Made by a program: the position numbers and the translations under genes
Source: Clostridia bacterium
GTDB taxonomy: Bacteria; Bacillota; Clostridia; UMGS1883; UMGS1540
Direction: 5' to 3'
Assembly: GCA_045533905.1 (NCBI GenBank)
Contig: JAZSIR010000003.1
Location: forward strand, 91,515-155,514
DNA length: 64,000 nt
Shown here: piece by piece, positions 29,314-40,700 of the stretch
Layout of the letters: each line of letters begins with the position of its first letter
Position numbering within the stretch: the first letter of the stretch is position 1
Notes under the pieces: generated by a model
The model's input: only the letters and a program-made list of their open reading frames with translations
Database searches by the model: none
Told to the model about the DNA's origin: nothing

Positions 29314-30156
29314 ATGAGTGAAACTTGTTCGCATAACTGCTCGTCCTGCGGGTCTGACTGCGCATCCAGAAAAGCGCCGCAGAGCTTTCTGGAAGAATTG
29401 CATCCGATGGCGAGCGTGAAAAAGGTTATCGGTATTGTAAGCGGAAAGGGCGGCGTCGGAAAGTCGCTTGTCACCTCGGCCCTCGCAGTTTTGCTGCAGA
29501 GAAAAGGGTTTACCGCGGGCATACTGGATGCCGATATTACCGGCCCTTCGATTCCGAAGGCATTCGGGCTTCACGAAAAAGCCCGTGCTATTGAAAACGG
29601 CATTTTGCCGTCGGTGACGAAAACAGGCATTGAAGTGATGTCCTTAAATCTCCTTCTCGAGAACGAAACGGACCCCGTTGTTTGGCGCGGCCCCGTCATT
29701 GCCGGTACCGTAAAGCAGTTCTGGACAGATGTAATCTGGGAGGATGTGGACTATTTATTTGTCGATATGCCCCCCGGAACAGGTGATGTGCCGCTTACGG
29801 TGTACCAGTCCCTGCCGCTGGACGGCATTGTCGTTGTTACCTCCCCGCAGGAGCTTGTGGAGATGATTGTAGGCAAAGCCGTACGTATGGCAGAGATGCT
29901 TTCCATTCCGATACTGGGCCTTGTGGAAAATATGTCCTATTTCGAATGTCCCGATTGCGGCGGCAGACACGCTGTGTTCGGCGAGAGCCGTATCGAAGGC
30001 TTTGCAGAGAAGTTTGGTGTTGACACGGTTGCACGTATTCCGATCAGCCCGCGCCTGGCCGCTTCGTGCGATAAGGGCGAAATCGAGGCATTTGAGGGAG
30101 ATTTCCTCGATGCTATGGCGGCAAAAATTGAGAAGGCCGTACCAATCGAAAGATAA
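29314..30156 (+). CDS. mrp: Mrp/NBP35 Fe-S cluster carrier ATPase
   Basis: N-terminal Cys cluster, SGKGGVGKS, DADITGPS, DMPPGTGD, ENMS...CPDC. Confidence 0.93.
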   Translation: MSETCSHNCSSCGSDCASRKAPQSFLEELHPMASVKKVIGIVSGKGGVGKSLVTSALAVLLQRKGFTAGILDADITGPSIPKAFGLHEKARAIENGILPSVTKTGIEVMSLNLLLENETDPVVWRGPVIAGTVKQFWTDVIWEDVDYLFVDMPPGTGDVPLTVYQSLPLDGIVVVTSPQELVEMIVGKAVRMAEMLSIPILGLVENMSYFECPDCGGRHAVFGESRIEGFAEKFGVDTVARIPISPRLAASCDKGEIEAFEGDFLDAMAAKIEKAVPIER

Positions 30157-30184
30157 AAAAAGGGATGCACCGCATCCCTTTTTT
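30155..30184 (+). terminator. Intrinsic terminator
   Basis: AAAAAAGGGATGC/GCATCCCTTTTTT. Confidence 0.75.
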
Positions 30185-30421
30185 GCTGTTTTTTCGGTGT
30201 ACATACGATTTGAGTACGGACAATTTCGACGCAATTCGAAAAAATATCTGCAAATAACAAATTTGTAGAAAAAATTTTTGCAGAATACGATTTTTGCGAA
30301 AAATGTAACAATATAAAAAATTTTTAAAATTTACTTGGAATTTTGTAAAAAATGTGCTATCATTATTACTGTATGGACTGTTTTGATGAAAAACATAAAA
30401 TGTTTTTAGGAGGATGAAGGT

Positions 30422-30910
30422 ATGGCTCATATTAGTGAGGCAGGCGTCAAGAAGATTTGCGAAATCTGCGAAAGATACGCAAACGAAAAAACACCACTTA
30501 TGATGATTTTGAGTGACATTCAGAATGAATACGGATATATTCCGCTGGATGTACAACAGATCGTATCGGAAAAGACCGGTATTTCCGTTGCGGAAATTTA
30601 CGGCGTGGTAACATTCTATTCGTTCTTCTCGCTTCAGCCGAAGGGCAAGTATGTTGTCGGTTGCTGCATGGGCACAGCGTGCTACGTAAAGGGCGCACAG
30701 CTTGTTATGGACAAGTTTTCCGAACTTCTCGGTATTCAGCCGGGCGAAACCACGGAAGACGGTATGTTCACCATTGATGCACTTCGTTGTATCGGTGCCT
30801 GCGGCATTGCACCGGCTGTTACGATCAACGGCAAGGTATATCCGAAGGTATCGGTTGCACAGGTTGCAGACATTGTAGACGAATATCGTACTATGGGAGG
30901 TGCCAACTAA
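30422..30910 (+). CDS. NuoE-like [2Fe-2S] subunit of trimeric [FeFe]-hydrogenase (HydC/HndA)
   Basis: VVTFYSFF, CMGTAC, CIGAC. Confidence 0.92.
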   Translation: MAHISEAGVKKICEICERYANEKTPLMMILSDIQNEYGYIPLDVQQIVSEKTGISVAEIYGVVTFYSFFSLQPKGKYVVGCCMGTACYVKGAQLVMDKFSELLGIQPGETTEDGMFTIDALRCIGACGIAPAVTINGKVYPKVSVAQVADIVDEYRTMGGAN

Positions 30911-32790
30911 TGAAAACATTTGCAGAACTCGATGCTAAGATTTGCAGCTGCGAAGAAGCGCTGACAAAGAAGATTGACGGCTCCTCCGGCAAGCGTGCCA
31001 TTCTTCTCTGTGGCGGTACGGGCTGTCTGTCCTCGAATTCGATGGACATTAAGGCTAAATTTGAAGAACTCATTAAGAAGAACAACCTCGAAGATAAAGT
31101 CACGGTAAACATTGTTGGTTGCTTCGGTTTTTGCTCGCAGGGTCCCTTCGTTAAGATTTTCCCGGAAGATACACTCTATCGCCTTGTAAAGGTTGAAGAT
31201 GTAGAGGAAATCTTTGAAAAGGACATTATGGGCGGCGAAATTATCGAAAGACTCCTGTATGTGGAACCGAACACAGGCGAAAAGGTTGTAAAGCAGGAAG
31301 ACATTAACTTCTATAAGAAGCAAAAGCGCGTTGCGCTCCACGGCTGTGGCGTTATCAATCCCGAAGATATCAACGAAGCTATCGGTGAAGGTGCATTCAA
31401 GGGTTTAAAGCGTGCACTTTCCATGGACCCGAAGGAAGTTATCGACGAAGTGCTCGCAGCAGGGCTTCGCGGCCGCGGCGGTGCAGGCTTCCCCACAGGT
31501 CGCAAATGGTCCTTCGCATATGCAAACGAAGCCGACCAGAAATATGTTGTATGTAACGGCGACGAAGGTGACCCGGGTGCATTTATGGACCGTTCCATTT
31601 TGGAAGGTAACCCCTTCGCTGTTTTGGAAGGTATGATGATTGCCGGGTATGCAATCGGCGCCACAGAAGGCTACTTCTATGTACGTGCTGAATACCCGAT
31701 CGCGGTAAACCGTCTCCGTCTCGCCATTTCCCAGATGGAAGAAATAGGCCTTCTCGGTGATGATATTTTAGGCACAGGCTTCAGCTTCCGCGCATACATC
31801 CGCCTCGGTGCAGGTGCTTTCGTATGCGGCGAAGAAACAGCCCTTCTCAATTCTATTGAAGGTAAGCGCGGTATGCCGCGTCCCCGTCCGCCGTTCCCGG
31901 CTGTCAAGGGTCTGTGGCAGAAGCCGACCATTGTAAATAACGTAGAAACCCTCGCCTGCGTACCGTATATTCTCCGTGAAGGCGCAGCTGCTTTCGCAGA
32001 ATGCGGTACGGAAAAATCGAAAGGTACAAAGGTATTTGCACTTGGCGGTAAGGTCAACAACGTAGGTCTTGTGGAAATCCCGATGGGTACAACGCTTCGC
32101 GAACTCATTTATGATATCGGCGGCGGCATCCCGAACGGCAAGGAATTCAAGGCCATTCAGACGGGCGGCCCCTCCGGCGGCTGTCTCACAGCTTCGAGCC
32201 TTGACGAACCGATTGACTTTGATAACCTCGTAGCCAAGGGCTCTATGATGGGAAGTGGCGGTGCTATCGTTATGGACGAAGACAACTGTATGGTTGACGT
32301 TGCCAAGTTCTATATGGAATTTATCTGCGACGAATCGTGCGGCAAGTGCTCGCCCTGCCGTATCGGCACCAAGAGAATGCTTGAAATCCTTACCCGCATC
32401 ACAGAGGGCAAGGGCACAATGCAGGATCTTGAGGAACTCGAGGAACTCGGCACAGCCGTAAAGGCCAACTCCCTCTGCGCACTCGGCCAGACGGCAGCGA
32501 ACCCCATCATCTCCACGCTCACACACTTTAAGGATGAATATCTTGCACACATCGTGGATAAGAAGTGTCCTGCAAAGGTTTGCAAGAAGCTGATTCAGTA
32601 CACCATTATCCAGGATCAGTGTATCGGCTGCGGTATGTGCTCCAGAGCTTGTCCGGCAGACTGCATCAAGCAGACCGATTACAAGGCACCCGGCAAGAAG
32701 CTGAATTCGTATCAGATCGATTCCGCCGCTTGCGTCAAGTGTGGTGCATGTATCTCCACATGTAAGTTTAAGGCAATCGTACAGAAGTAA
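30910..32790 (+). CDS. NuoF-like FMN/NADH-binding subunit of trimeric [FeFe]-hydrogenase (HydB/HndC)
   Basis: GLRGRGGAGFPTG, DEGDPGAFMDR, GAFVCGEET, ESCGKCxPCR; C-terminal 2x[4Fe-4S]. Confidence 0.93.
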   Translation: MKTFAELDAKICSCEEALTKKIDGSSGKRAILLCGGTGCLSSNSMDIKAKFEELIKKNNLEDKVTVNIVGCFGFCSQGPFVKIFPEDTLYRLVKVEDVEEIFEKDIMGGEIIERLLYVEPNTGEKVVKQEDINFYKKQKRVALHGCGVINPEDINEAIGEGAFKGLKRALSMDPKEVIDEVLAAGLRGRGGAGFPTGRKWSFAYANEADQKYVVCNGDEGDPGAFMDRSILEGNPFAVLEGMMIAGYAIGATEGYFYVRAEYPIAVNRLRLAISQMEEIGLLGDDILGTGFSFRAYIRLGAGAFVCGEETALLNSIEGKRGMPRPRPPFPAVKGLWQKPTIVNNVETLACVPYILREGAAAFAECGTEKSKGTKVFALGGKVNNVGLVEIPMGTTLRELIYDIGGGIPNGKEFKAIQTGGPSGGCLTASSLDEPIDFDNLVAKGSMMGSGGAIVMDEDNCMVDVAKFYMEFICDESCGKCSPCRIGTKRMLEILTRITEGKGTMQDLEELEELGTAVKANSLCALGQTAANPIISTLTHFKDEYLAHIVDKKCPAKVCKKLIQYTIIQDQCIGCGMCSRACPADCIKQTDYKAPGKKLNSYQIDSAACVKCGACISTCKFKAIVQK

Positions 32791-32809
32791 GGAATAGGAG
32801 GAGAAAGAA

Positions 32810-34576
32810 ATGGCTAAAGTAAATATTAAAATCGAAGGCATCTCCTACCAGGTTGAAGAAGGCTTAACCATTCTGGAAGCCGCGAAAAAGTGCGGCTATG
32901 AGATTCCTTCTCTGTGTGCATTTAATCACGGCGAATGCTCCAATGGCTCCTGCCGTGTATGTCTGGTAGAAGTTGCAGGCGCAAGAGGCCTTGTAGCCGC
33001 TTGTGTATACCCCGTAAACGAAGGTATGGAAATCCGCATTTCCACACCGAAGGCTGCGCAGGCACGCCGTGTATCGGTTGAGCTTTTGCTTTCCAACCAC
33101 AACCAGAACTGCCAGCAGTGCGATAAGAACGGCCAGTGCGAACTTTTAAATGTTGCGTACATCACCGGCGCACGTGAAGGCAGATACCAGGGGGTAAAAA
33201 CACCCGTTACGGTAGATGAACTCACGCCCTCCATCGTACGCGACACTTCGAAGTGCATCCTTTGCGGCCGCTGTGTTGCAAGATGTGAAAATGCACACGG
33301 CCTTGGTATCTTAGGGTTTGAAAACCGCGGCTTCCGCACAATCGTAGGTCCGGCAGAAAACCGCTCTATGAAGGACTCGCCCTGTATCCTTTGCGGTCAG
33401 TGCGTTTCCGTATGTCCCACAGGTGCACTCATGGAAAAATCGGAAATCGACAAGGTGGACGCTGCTTTCGCCGCCGGCAAGCACGTAGTTGTGCAGACGG
33501 CTCCGGCAGTTCGCGCAGCACTTGGTGAAGAATTCGGTATGCCCGTAGGCACAGCTGTTACCGGCAAGATGGTAGCCGCACTTCGTCGCCTCGGCTTCCA
33601 TAAAGTATATGATACAAACTTCGCAGCCGACCTTACCATTATGGAAGAAGGTACAGAACTTCTTTCCAGAATGAAAAACGGCGGCAAACTCCCGATGATT
33701 ACTTCCTGCTCGCCCGGCTGGGTAAACTACGCAGAGTATAACTATGGTGACCTTCTCGATCATCTTTCTACCTGCAAGTCGCCCCACCAGATGCAGGGTG
33801 CTATCATTAAGAGCTACTATGCAGAAAAGAACGGTCTCGACCCGAAGGATATCTTCGTTGTTTCCATCATGCCGTGTACTGCAAAGAAGGACGAAAAGGA
33901 ACGCGAGCAGATGCAGAAGGATGGTATCCGCGACGTCGATGCAGTTCTCACAACCCGCGAACTCGCCCGCATGATTAAGCGTGCAGGTATGCTCTTTACA
34001 AAGCTTCCGGACGAAGAATTCGACCAGGATCTCATGGGCGATTACACAGGTGCCGGCGTTATCTTTGGCGTAACCGGTGGTGTTATGGAAGCAGCTCTTC
34101 GCACCGTTTACTTTGTACTGACCGGTAAGGAACACGAAGGCATTAAATTCGAAGCTGTTCGCGGCTTTGACGGCATTCGTGAAGCTTCTATTGATATCAA
34201 TGGCCAGACCGTAAACGTAGCCATTGCCCACGGTATGAAGAACGCGAAGGTGCTTCTCGACGAAATCCGTGAAGGCAAGTCGAAGTATCACTTCATCGAG
34301 ATTATGGGTTGCCCCGGCGGCTGTATCGCCGGCGGCGGCCAGCCGATCGTTCGTTCCTGCTTCCTGCCGAACGAAGATGATGATATTCTCGACACCTACA
34401 AGGAAAAGAGAGCTGCAGCTCTTTACAGCGAGGATGAAAGACAGACGCTTCGTCAGTCGCACAACAACCCGCAGATCAAAGCGCTGTACGATGAGTTCCT
34501 CGGTAAGCCCAATTCCCATCGCGCCCACGAACTTCTGCACACCACGTACACGAAGAGAGTCGGCTTCAACGACTAA
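32810..34576 (+). CDS. hydA: [FeFe]-hydrogenase catalytic subunit (group A, electron-bifurcating type by context)
   Basis: H-cluster motifs TSCSPGW, MPCTAKKDE, EIMGCPGGCIAGGG; N-terminal Fe-S domains. Confidence 0.95.
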   Translation: MAKVNIKIEGISYQVEEGLTILEAAKKCGYEIPSLCAFNHGECSNGSCRVCLVEVAGARGLVAACVYPVNEGMEIRISTPKAAQARRVSVELLLSNHNQNCQQCDKNGQCELLNVAYITGAREGRYQGVKTPVTVDELTPSIVRDTSKCILCGRCVARCENAHGLGILGFENRGFRTIVGPAENRSMKDSPCILCGQCVSVCPTGALMEKSEIDKVDAAFAAGKHVVVQTAPAVRAALGEEFGMPVGTAVTGKMVAALRRLGFHKVYDTNFAADLTIMEEGTELLSRMKNGGKLPMITSCSPGWVNYAEYNYGDLLDHLSTCKSPHQMQGAIIKSYYAEKNGLDPKDIFVVSIMPCTAKKDEKEREQMQKDGIRDVDAVLTTRELARMIKRAGMLFTKLPDEEFDQDLMGDYTGAGVIFGVTGGVMEAALRTVYFVLTGKEHEGIKFEAVRGFDGIREASIDINGQTVNVAIAHGMKNAKVLLDEIREGKSKYHFIEIMGCPGGCIAGGGQPIVRSCFLPNEDDDILDTYKEKRAAALYSEDERQTLRQSHNNPQIKALYDEFLGKPNSHRAHELLHTTYTKRVGFND

Positions 34577-34586
34577 TCAAACCTAC

Positions 34587-34621
34587 AAAAAGGCAATACC
34601 CGTTTGGGTATTGCCTTTTTT
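34587..34621 (+). terminator. Intrinsic terminator of hydrogenase operon
   Basis: AAAAAGGCAATACC/GGTATTGCCTTTTT. Confidence 0.8.
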
Positions 34622-34639
34622 AATAAAATGTGCTATACT
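34611..34639 (+). promoter_or_regulatory. Candidate SigA promoter of the giant-protein operon
   Basis: TTGCCT-N17-TATACT with extended -10 TG. Confidence 0.55.
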
Positions 34640-34707
34640 AACTATATATATACTTTTTTTGGCAAGCAATCTGAAAACCGTGCAAATTGCGCGGAGGAGG
34701 TGGCGGT

Positions 34708-37700
34708 ATGCGTCCGGATAAAAAAGCGGCCTTTTGCGAGGCGCTTATTCCTATGCGGGGCAAAGCGGTACATATTATAAAAGAAAATGGAGACGAACTG
34801 GAAGGAATTGTGATGAGCGCAGAGCCAGAGGGCCTTGGGCTTATTTCCCTTTCGGGACCGGAGACGATTCCGTATGAAGAAATCGCAGCCTGCGATTCTT
34901 TCGGCGTTGTTCTTTTAGAGGCAGAGAAACCCGAGGTACGGGAGGGTGAAGCGCTTTTAGCCGAAGTGGAAAACGGTACGAAGGCGAGCTTTCTCGAAAA
35001 ACTTACAAAGCCTTCTTTTTATAAAGAAGCCGGTCTTTCTCGGGAAGAAGCTGAGGAGATACGTGCGCGTACCCAAAAGCATACGTATCCTTGGAAATCG
35101 GAGCCACTTGCCGTAGCCATCCGCTACAGTACGCTTTTGAAAGAAAAAGCACGTCCCGAGCTTACGGTCGGGTTATATATCCGCGCGCTTGAGAGCGATG
35201 AGCCGCGTAAGGACAAGGCGGTTTTAGAGCTTCTTCGTGCCTATATGCGTATGCAGGCGTATGAAAAGGTAATAGAAGCCTACGAAAAGTACGAGTCGCT
35301 TCTCGGGGAGGCGCCGTATGCCCATATGCAGTCGTATGCAGCTGCTATCGGTTATGTGCAGGGCGAGGTAGCGCTCTCTGCATTTTTGGAGGCGCACCCG
35401 GCGCTTTTGGATTATTCCACAAACCGTTTGTTTTTTGATAAGCTTATAAGAACACTTCGTGAAAAGAAGGAGATAGAGGTTGTTGCCTCGCTGCTTAAGA
35501 GTACGCCGAAGGTACAGCCGAATGCATTTGAGGCGGCGGTTTTATCCGGCAACATTCACAGAGCTCGCCAGCTTGCCGCAAATGTGGCAGAAATGCAGAA
35601 GATGGGGTATGCACGCCCGCACGAAATCGAAGCAATGCTTTTGGAGGAATCCGTTGCGGATATGGGCAAGAAACTGCCGTGGCAGCGCGCGTGCATCCTT
35701 GTGTATCTGGAAGGTAATCGCGGCCGCGTGGCGGAGCGCGCCCTTTTGGAGGCAGGGGAAGAAAGCGGCGCGAGAGCGGCACTTCTCCTTTTGTATGCCA
35801 AAGAAAAAGCACATGATAAGGTTCTCTGTTTGTATCAAAATATGGAAGATGCTGCCTTTGACCAAAAGTGTGCCGCATTTATCGCCTATAATACGCTCGG
35901 GGAGATTTGGAAGGCGGAAGAAATTTTAGAAGCCGCGCCGGAAATGTTTGCCGACCCCGATGTCCGCCTCGCGATTTTGGCTGCAGGCGACGCATACGGC
36001 GAGGAGGCAGAAGCCATCGCGCGGGAAGTCGAGGAAAAAGCTTCCCCGAAGGAAGGGCAAAATCCGCTTGAAAAAGCACTTATTAAAGGCAATGTAGCCG
36101 AAATTACGGCAATTTCCGAGGATGCGGCGGCGCTTTCATCCTACGGGTATACCGAAGCGGAAATTCGGCATATCGGGAAAGCGGCAACGAAGCCGTATCC
36201 GGATCTTAAAAATGACTTTTCTGCCGCTCGCCGCCTGCACGCTTTTCTGGGTGGCCGCGGTCTTTTGGCCCTTTCTTATCTCTGTCGGTATGCAACAGAG
36301 CAGAATACGGGCGAAATTCTCTCTTTAATGCATCTCAGCGGTCTTTCTGTATGGGGCATCCGCTTTTTTGAGGCGCGGCGCGAGGTTGCCGAAGGGCAGA
36401 GCGCGGCCTGTGCGGCCTATGCCTCGATGCTTTTGGCTACCCGTCCTCTGGAAGAAGCAATAAGGGAAATAGAGCCGTTTATTCACTGCATTTATGACCG
36501 CGAGCTTTTGGAAAAGGTGCGCGCAGGCCTTCCGGAAACGGGCAGGGATGCGCTCGCAGCAAGAATAGATGAAATTCTGGATGCCTATGAGCCGAATGCT
36601 TTCGAAAAGGCTGTTATCGGTGCGCATGGCTATAAGCAGATGGGAAAAGACGCGGAACTTCTTCTCTCTCTCGGCTATACCGAGGAAGAAGTGAAAAGCA
36701 TCGCGCGTGTATGCGACAATGCGCCAAAAGGGGAAAGTGAAGCCGATATCGGGCGCAGACTTTATCATATACAAGGGAATAAGAACGGCCTTGCCGAACG
36801 GTATCTCGCGCCGCACGCGTGCGAGGGCATAGGGATGGCGGAGCCGATGTTCCATATTTATGTAGGGAGCGGTCGCTATAAAGAGGCGATGGAGCTCTAT
36901 AATCAGGCAAAAGACATACTGGCACCCTATGAAACACAAATTCACAAGGAACATTTAAGCGCACTCTATTTTACAGGTGCGGCAGAAGAATTTATTGCGC
37001 TTTATGAAAACGAAGGCGGCGGTCGCGGCGTGCATCTTCCCATGTATGCCGAGGCGCTTCTGAAAACAGGAAATGCAAAGTTTTCCGAGGTGCTTTCTGC
37101 GCTGGCAATCGTAACCTATCAGAGCGCAGAAAAGGTTGTATGGGAAAATCTCTGCATGCTTCTTTCCGAAAAGGAAATGTATAAGGAACTTGGCATACTT
37201 TTGTGCGGCTTTTTCAGGACCGCTGTGCGCGGCGGCACATATGCAGATTTATTCCCGCTTCTTGAAAAGTGCGCCGGGGATGACAAAACGAAGGATGCTA
37301 TCATTGAAGCGGCGATTTCCGAGGGGCTTCCTATGTTCCTGCCCGTTTTCTGGATTATGCACAAAGAGGAGCATCCGCAGCGTGAGGCGGCCGAAAACTG
37401 GTGCGCCGATCAGCTCCTTTCCCTGCAGGAGGCGGTTTCGGTGACCGAGCCTGTCTACGCCTTCCTCGAAATGCTCTTCCCACAGAAAAAGACGGATATT
37501 CAGGAGGGGAAATTCCTGCAGCTTCTCGGCGGCGAGGGCCCGCATACGGGGGCGGCGGCATTCCTTACAAAGCTGTTTACAGACGGAGAACATCTGCTTT
37601 TAGAGCGTATGCTCCCGCATCTTGGTGCCAAAGCGGCAAGCCCGCTCATTTTGGCGGCACTTTCCCAGATTTTCCACGGCGGTGTTCTTTGCGATGAAAT

Positions 37701-40700
37701 CGTGCTGCTTTTGTCAGCATATATAAAGGAAGCACCGGAGGCTATCTGCGGCTTCTTTACGGATAATGTGGATATGGCTTCGTACCAAGAAAAAATCCCG
37801 GAAGAGAACCTTGCCGAAATGTACGAGGCGTACAGACAGTATGCACTTTCCGCAGGAACGGAGACGGCGCACCGCACAATGTATGCCTTCCTTTCCGATA
37901 CGAACCATCCGGATGCGCCGATATTGGCATCCGTGATTCTGCAGAACAGCCATATCTGGCAGTCAACCGAAACCCGCGCGGCGTTTGAATCTCTCTACAG
38001 AGAAAAGTACGGCAAAGCAGGAAAATCCGTACTTTCCGCTACCTTTGCGGCACTTCTGGCCGGCGAGAATCCTGAAAAAGTTTACACGTTCCTGCAAAAA
38101 TGGCATCCTTTCATAAATTGGAAGCCGCACGAAGTGCTTAAAATGCTTGGTCGTGCCCGCGGCGAAGGGGAAAGCGACGAAACGGTATGCAGTATGGCGG
38201 TAGTCTATAAGGAAGAGGCTGCCTGGAGAAGACTTCTGGAAATGTATCGCCATAAAGGCGTGGGAACAGAAGGGACGATCTATTATCTGATTGCCAAATG
38301 CAGCAGTGATCCGGATGATTTGAAAATTGCATACGGCTTTGCCGGCAAAAACGGTCTTTACACCCTGCAGACCTATGCTTCGGTTCTTGGGGCAGGCAAA
38401 GGCCGCGCGGATGCCCAGCTGGTCTGGCGCTGGGCACAAAATATCACACGCTTTGCAAAATCCGGCGCAGAGGTTTCAAAGGAGCTCTTTGCCTATGCTG
38501 TAGATACGGCACGGGCAGTCTTCGGAAGTAATCCGGAAGCCATTGCCATTTTGCACGCGGTACGTGCGCTCGCATTTGCGGGCAATTATATCCGCGAATA
38601 TACAGAGGGTCTTTCGGATGCGCTTTCGAAGAAACCGAATATACTGATTGCACTTTTATTGGAAGTGCTTCTCCACGCGCCGGAGGAGGAAATTATAGAA
38701 GAACTCATACGGCTTCTGGAGGAAAAAGTGCCGGATACCATCCCGTTCAAGGCGTTTGCACTATATGCGGCGGCAAAACGCGCTACTCTTTCGGAAGAAC
38801 CTGCGCTTTTGGCGGCAGTGCGGACGATTGCGCCCACAGGGCATAGCCTTACCGTTTCCGGCGTGCAGCATTTTGTGGCCGAAGCCGTAACGGCAGAGGC
38901 GGAAAACAGCGTCGAAGTTGCGCTGGGGGCACTTTCGGTACTGCATACCTATTTTGAAAACGACGGCCTTTTGCATGAGGCAGAGTATTTTCTCCTTGGT
39001 GCCGCCGGCGCGGATGAAGCGCGCGCGGAAGACTGCTACCGTGCGCTTACGAAATATCTGCAGTATGCAAAAATCGTAGATGCAGGCGTTTTGGTGCGGT
39101 ATTCGGAGTGTATGTACTGCGGTATCCGCTACCTTACCAAAAAGGGACTTTCCTTTGGCGACGGACCGAAAAACACAGAGGAACTTCTGGCGTTTTTTGC
39201 CGGCCTCTGTGAGGAGGAAGCCGCCCGTGCGGAGCTTTCGCAATTTATCCGACGCACGGAGATGCTCGGGTCTGCGGCAGAAATATACGATACGCTGATG
39301 CTGTGCGGGCTTTTTGGCTCGTGGCGGAAATTTATCGAAACGGTGGATACAGCGCTTTTGCCCGAACACGAAATTCTGGAAATAGATTCGTTTATCGGCA
39401 GCGTAGGCCGCGAGAACTTCCTGAATGCGGCTGCCACCACAGAAAAATGGCGAAATGTACGGGACTTTCTAACAGAGTCGAAGGCTGTGGCCTGCGAAGC
39501 TGCCGTGGAAGCGGCCCAAACGGCAGAGGCAAGGCAGAAGGCGGCAAACTACGCCCGCTTTATGCTTCTGGATGAAAAGAGCGGAAAAATTCTGGCAAAC
39601 AAAATTTTTGCAAGGATTACGCCCGATATTTTCGGGGAAATTTTCCCGATGCTTCGTATTCTGCTGCGGGACGATACCCTTCTGGATAAACTTTCGAAAA
39701 TGCCGGCAGAATTCTGGAGTGCGGCTTCGGCCTCGGTTCTTCGTCAGAAAGATACGGTGCCGGCGCTTTTGCAGCAGGCAGAGTATCGCGCTTTCCTGAA
39801 AGCGCTCTCTGAAAAAATGTTTAATGCGGGGATGTACAAAGAAGCATCACCTGTTTTTGCCGTGCGCTTTTCTTCGGATAACGTGACCGGAAAAAGCCCG
39901 AAGGAAAATGCAGAACACGCGAAAGTGCGGCAGTATACCAAAATCTGTGACCTGATGTGCCGCGTACCGGAAGAAGTGGAGAGGGTGCGCACAAGCACCG
40001 AGCACCAGAAGCTTATCAATATTTTCTCCGTGTTCTTCTCGACACCCTGTGTAAAAGAACTTCCACGTCTTGCTGCACTTCTCACAAAGCTGCAGAAAAA
40101 GCTGTGTGTAGCGGTATATTTTGCAATGCGCGGCGAATTTGAAGATTTTGAACTGCTCGCCGCCGATATTCAGGCAGAAAACGCCGCGATGGGTGAAACA
40201 CTATTCCGCTTCGGGGAATTCCGCTTCAGGGAAGGCGACCGGAAGGAACGTTGCCGTAAATATATCCAGAAGCTGCAGGGCGAAAACGGAGAGGAAATGC
40301 GGCTGTTCTTCCTGTATATGCCTGCGACCGAAATTTTGTCGCACTTCCGCATTTTTGATATGATTGACCTTGAAAATGACGGAGAAGAAGCCTTCACAGT
40401 GCGCCCGGATGCGACTGTGGAGGCCGCAGCGCCGGAGAAGAGCGACAGCGAGGCATTCCTTTCGCTTTCGTATGTACAGTATATACTTTCCATGGCGGCG
40501 GGAACGCCCGGCGCGCCTTCGGCACAGGAGGCTATGGAACGCTTTGAGGAAGAGGCGGGGATTGAAAATGCCGTGGCCGCTTTGAAGGCGCCCGATTTTA
40601 AAGAAGTTTCAGCTTCTGCCATGCAGGAATTCTTTGCAGACTTTGCCATCTGCGCCTATCAGACGATTCTGGCGAGCGATGCGGAGGAAACAGAAGCCTT

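Noticed and set aside
29094-29522. 143-aa N-terminal extension of the SLH protein (similar extensions on aspS, ffh, spo0A, hydB)
   Set aside because: The extensions overlap neighbouring genes or promoters; downstream starts have an RBS and family-typical N-termini
30185-30420. Rex operator or riboswitch upstream of the hydrogenase operon
   Set aside because: AT-rich with partial palindromes, but no convincing TTGTTAA-N4-TTAACAA match or recognisable aptamer
30422-34576. Trimeric [FeFe]-hydrogenase as a novel system
   Set aside because: Canonical HydABC architecture with intact H-cluster motifs
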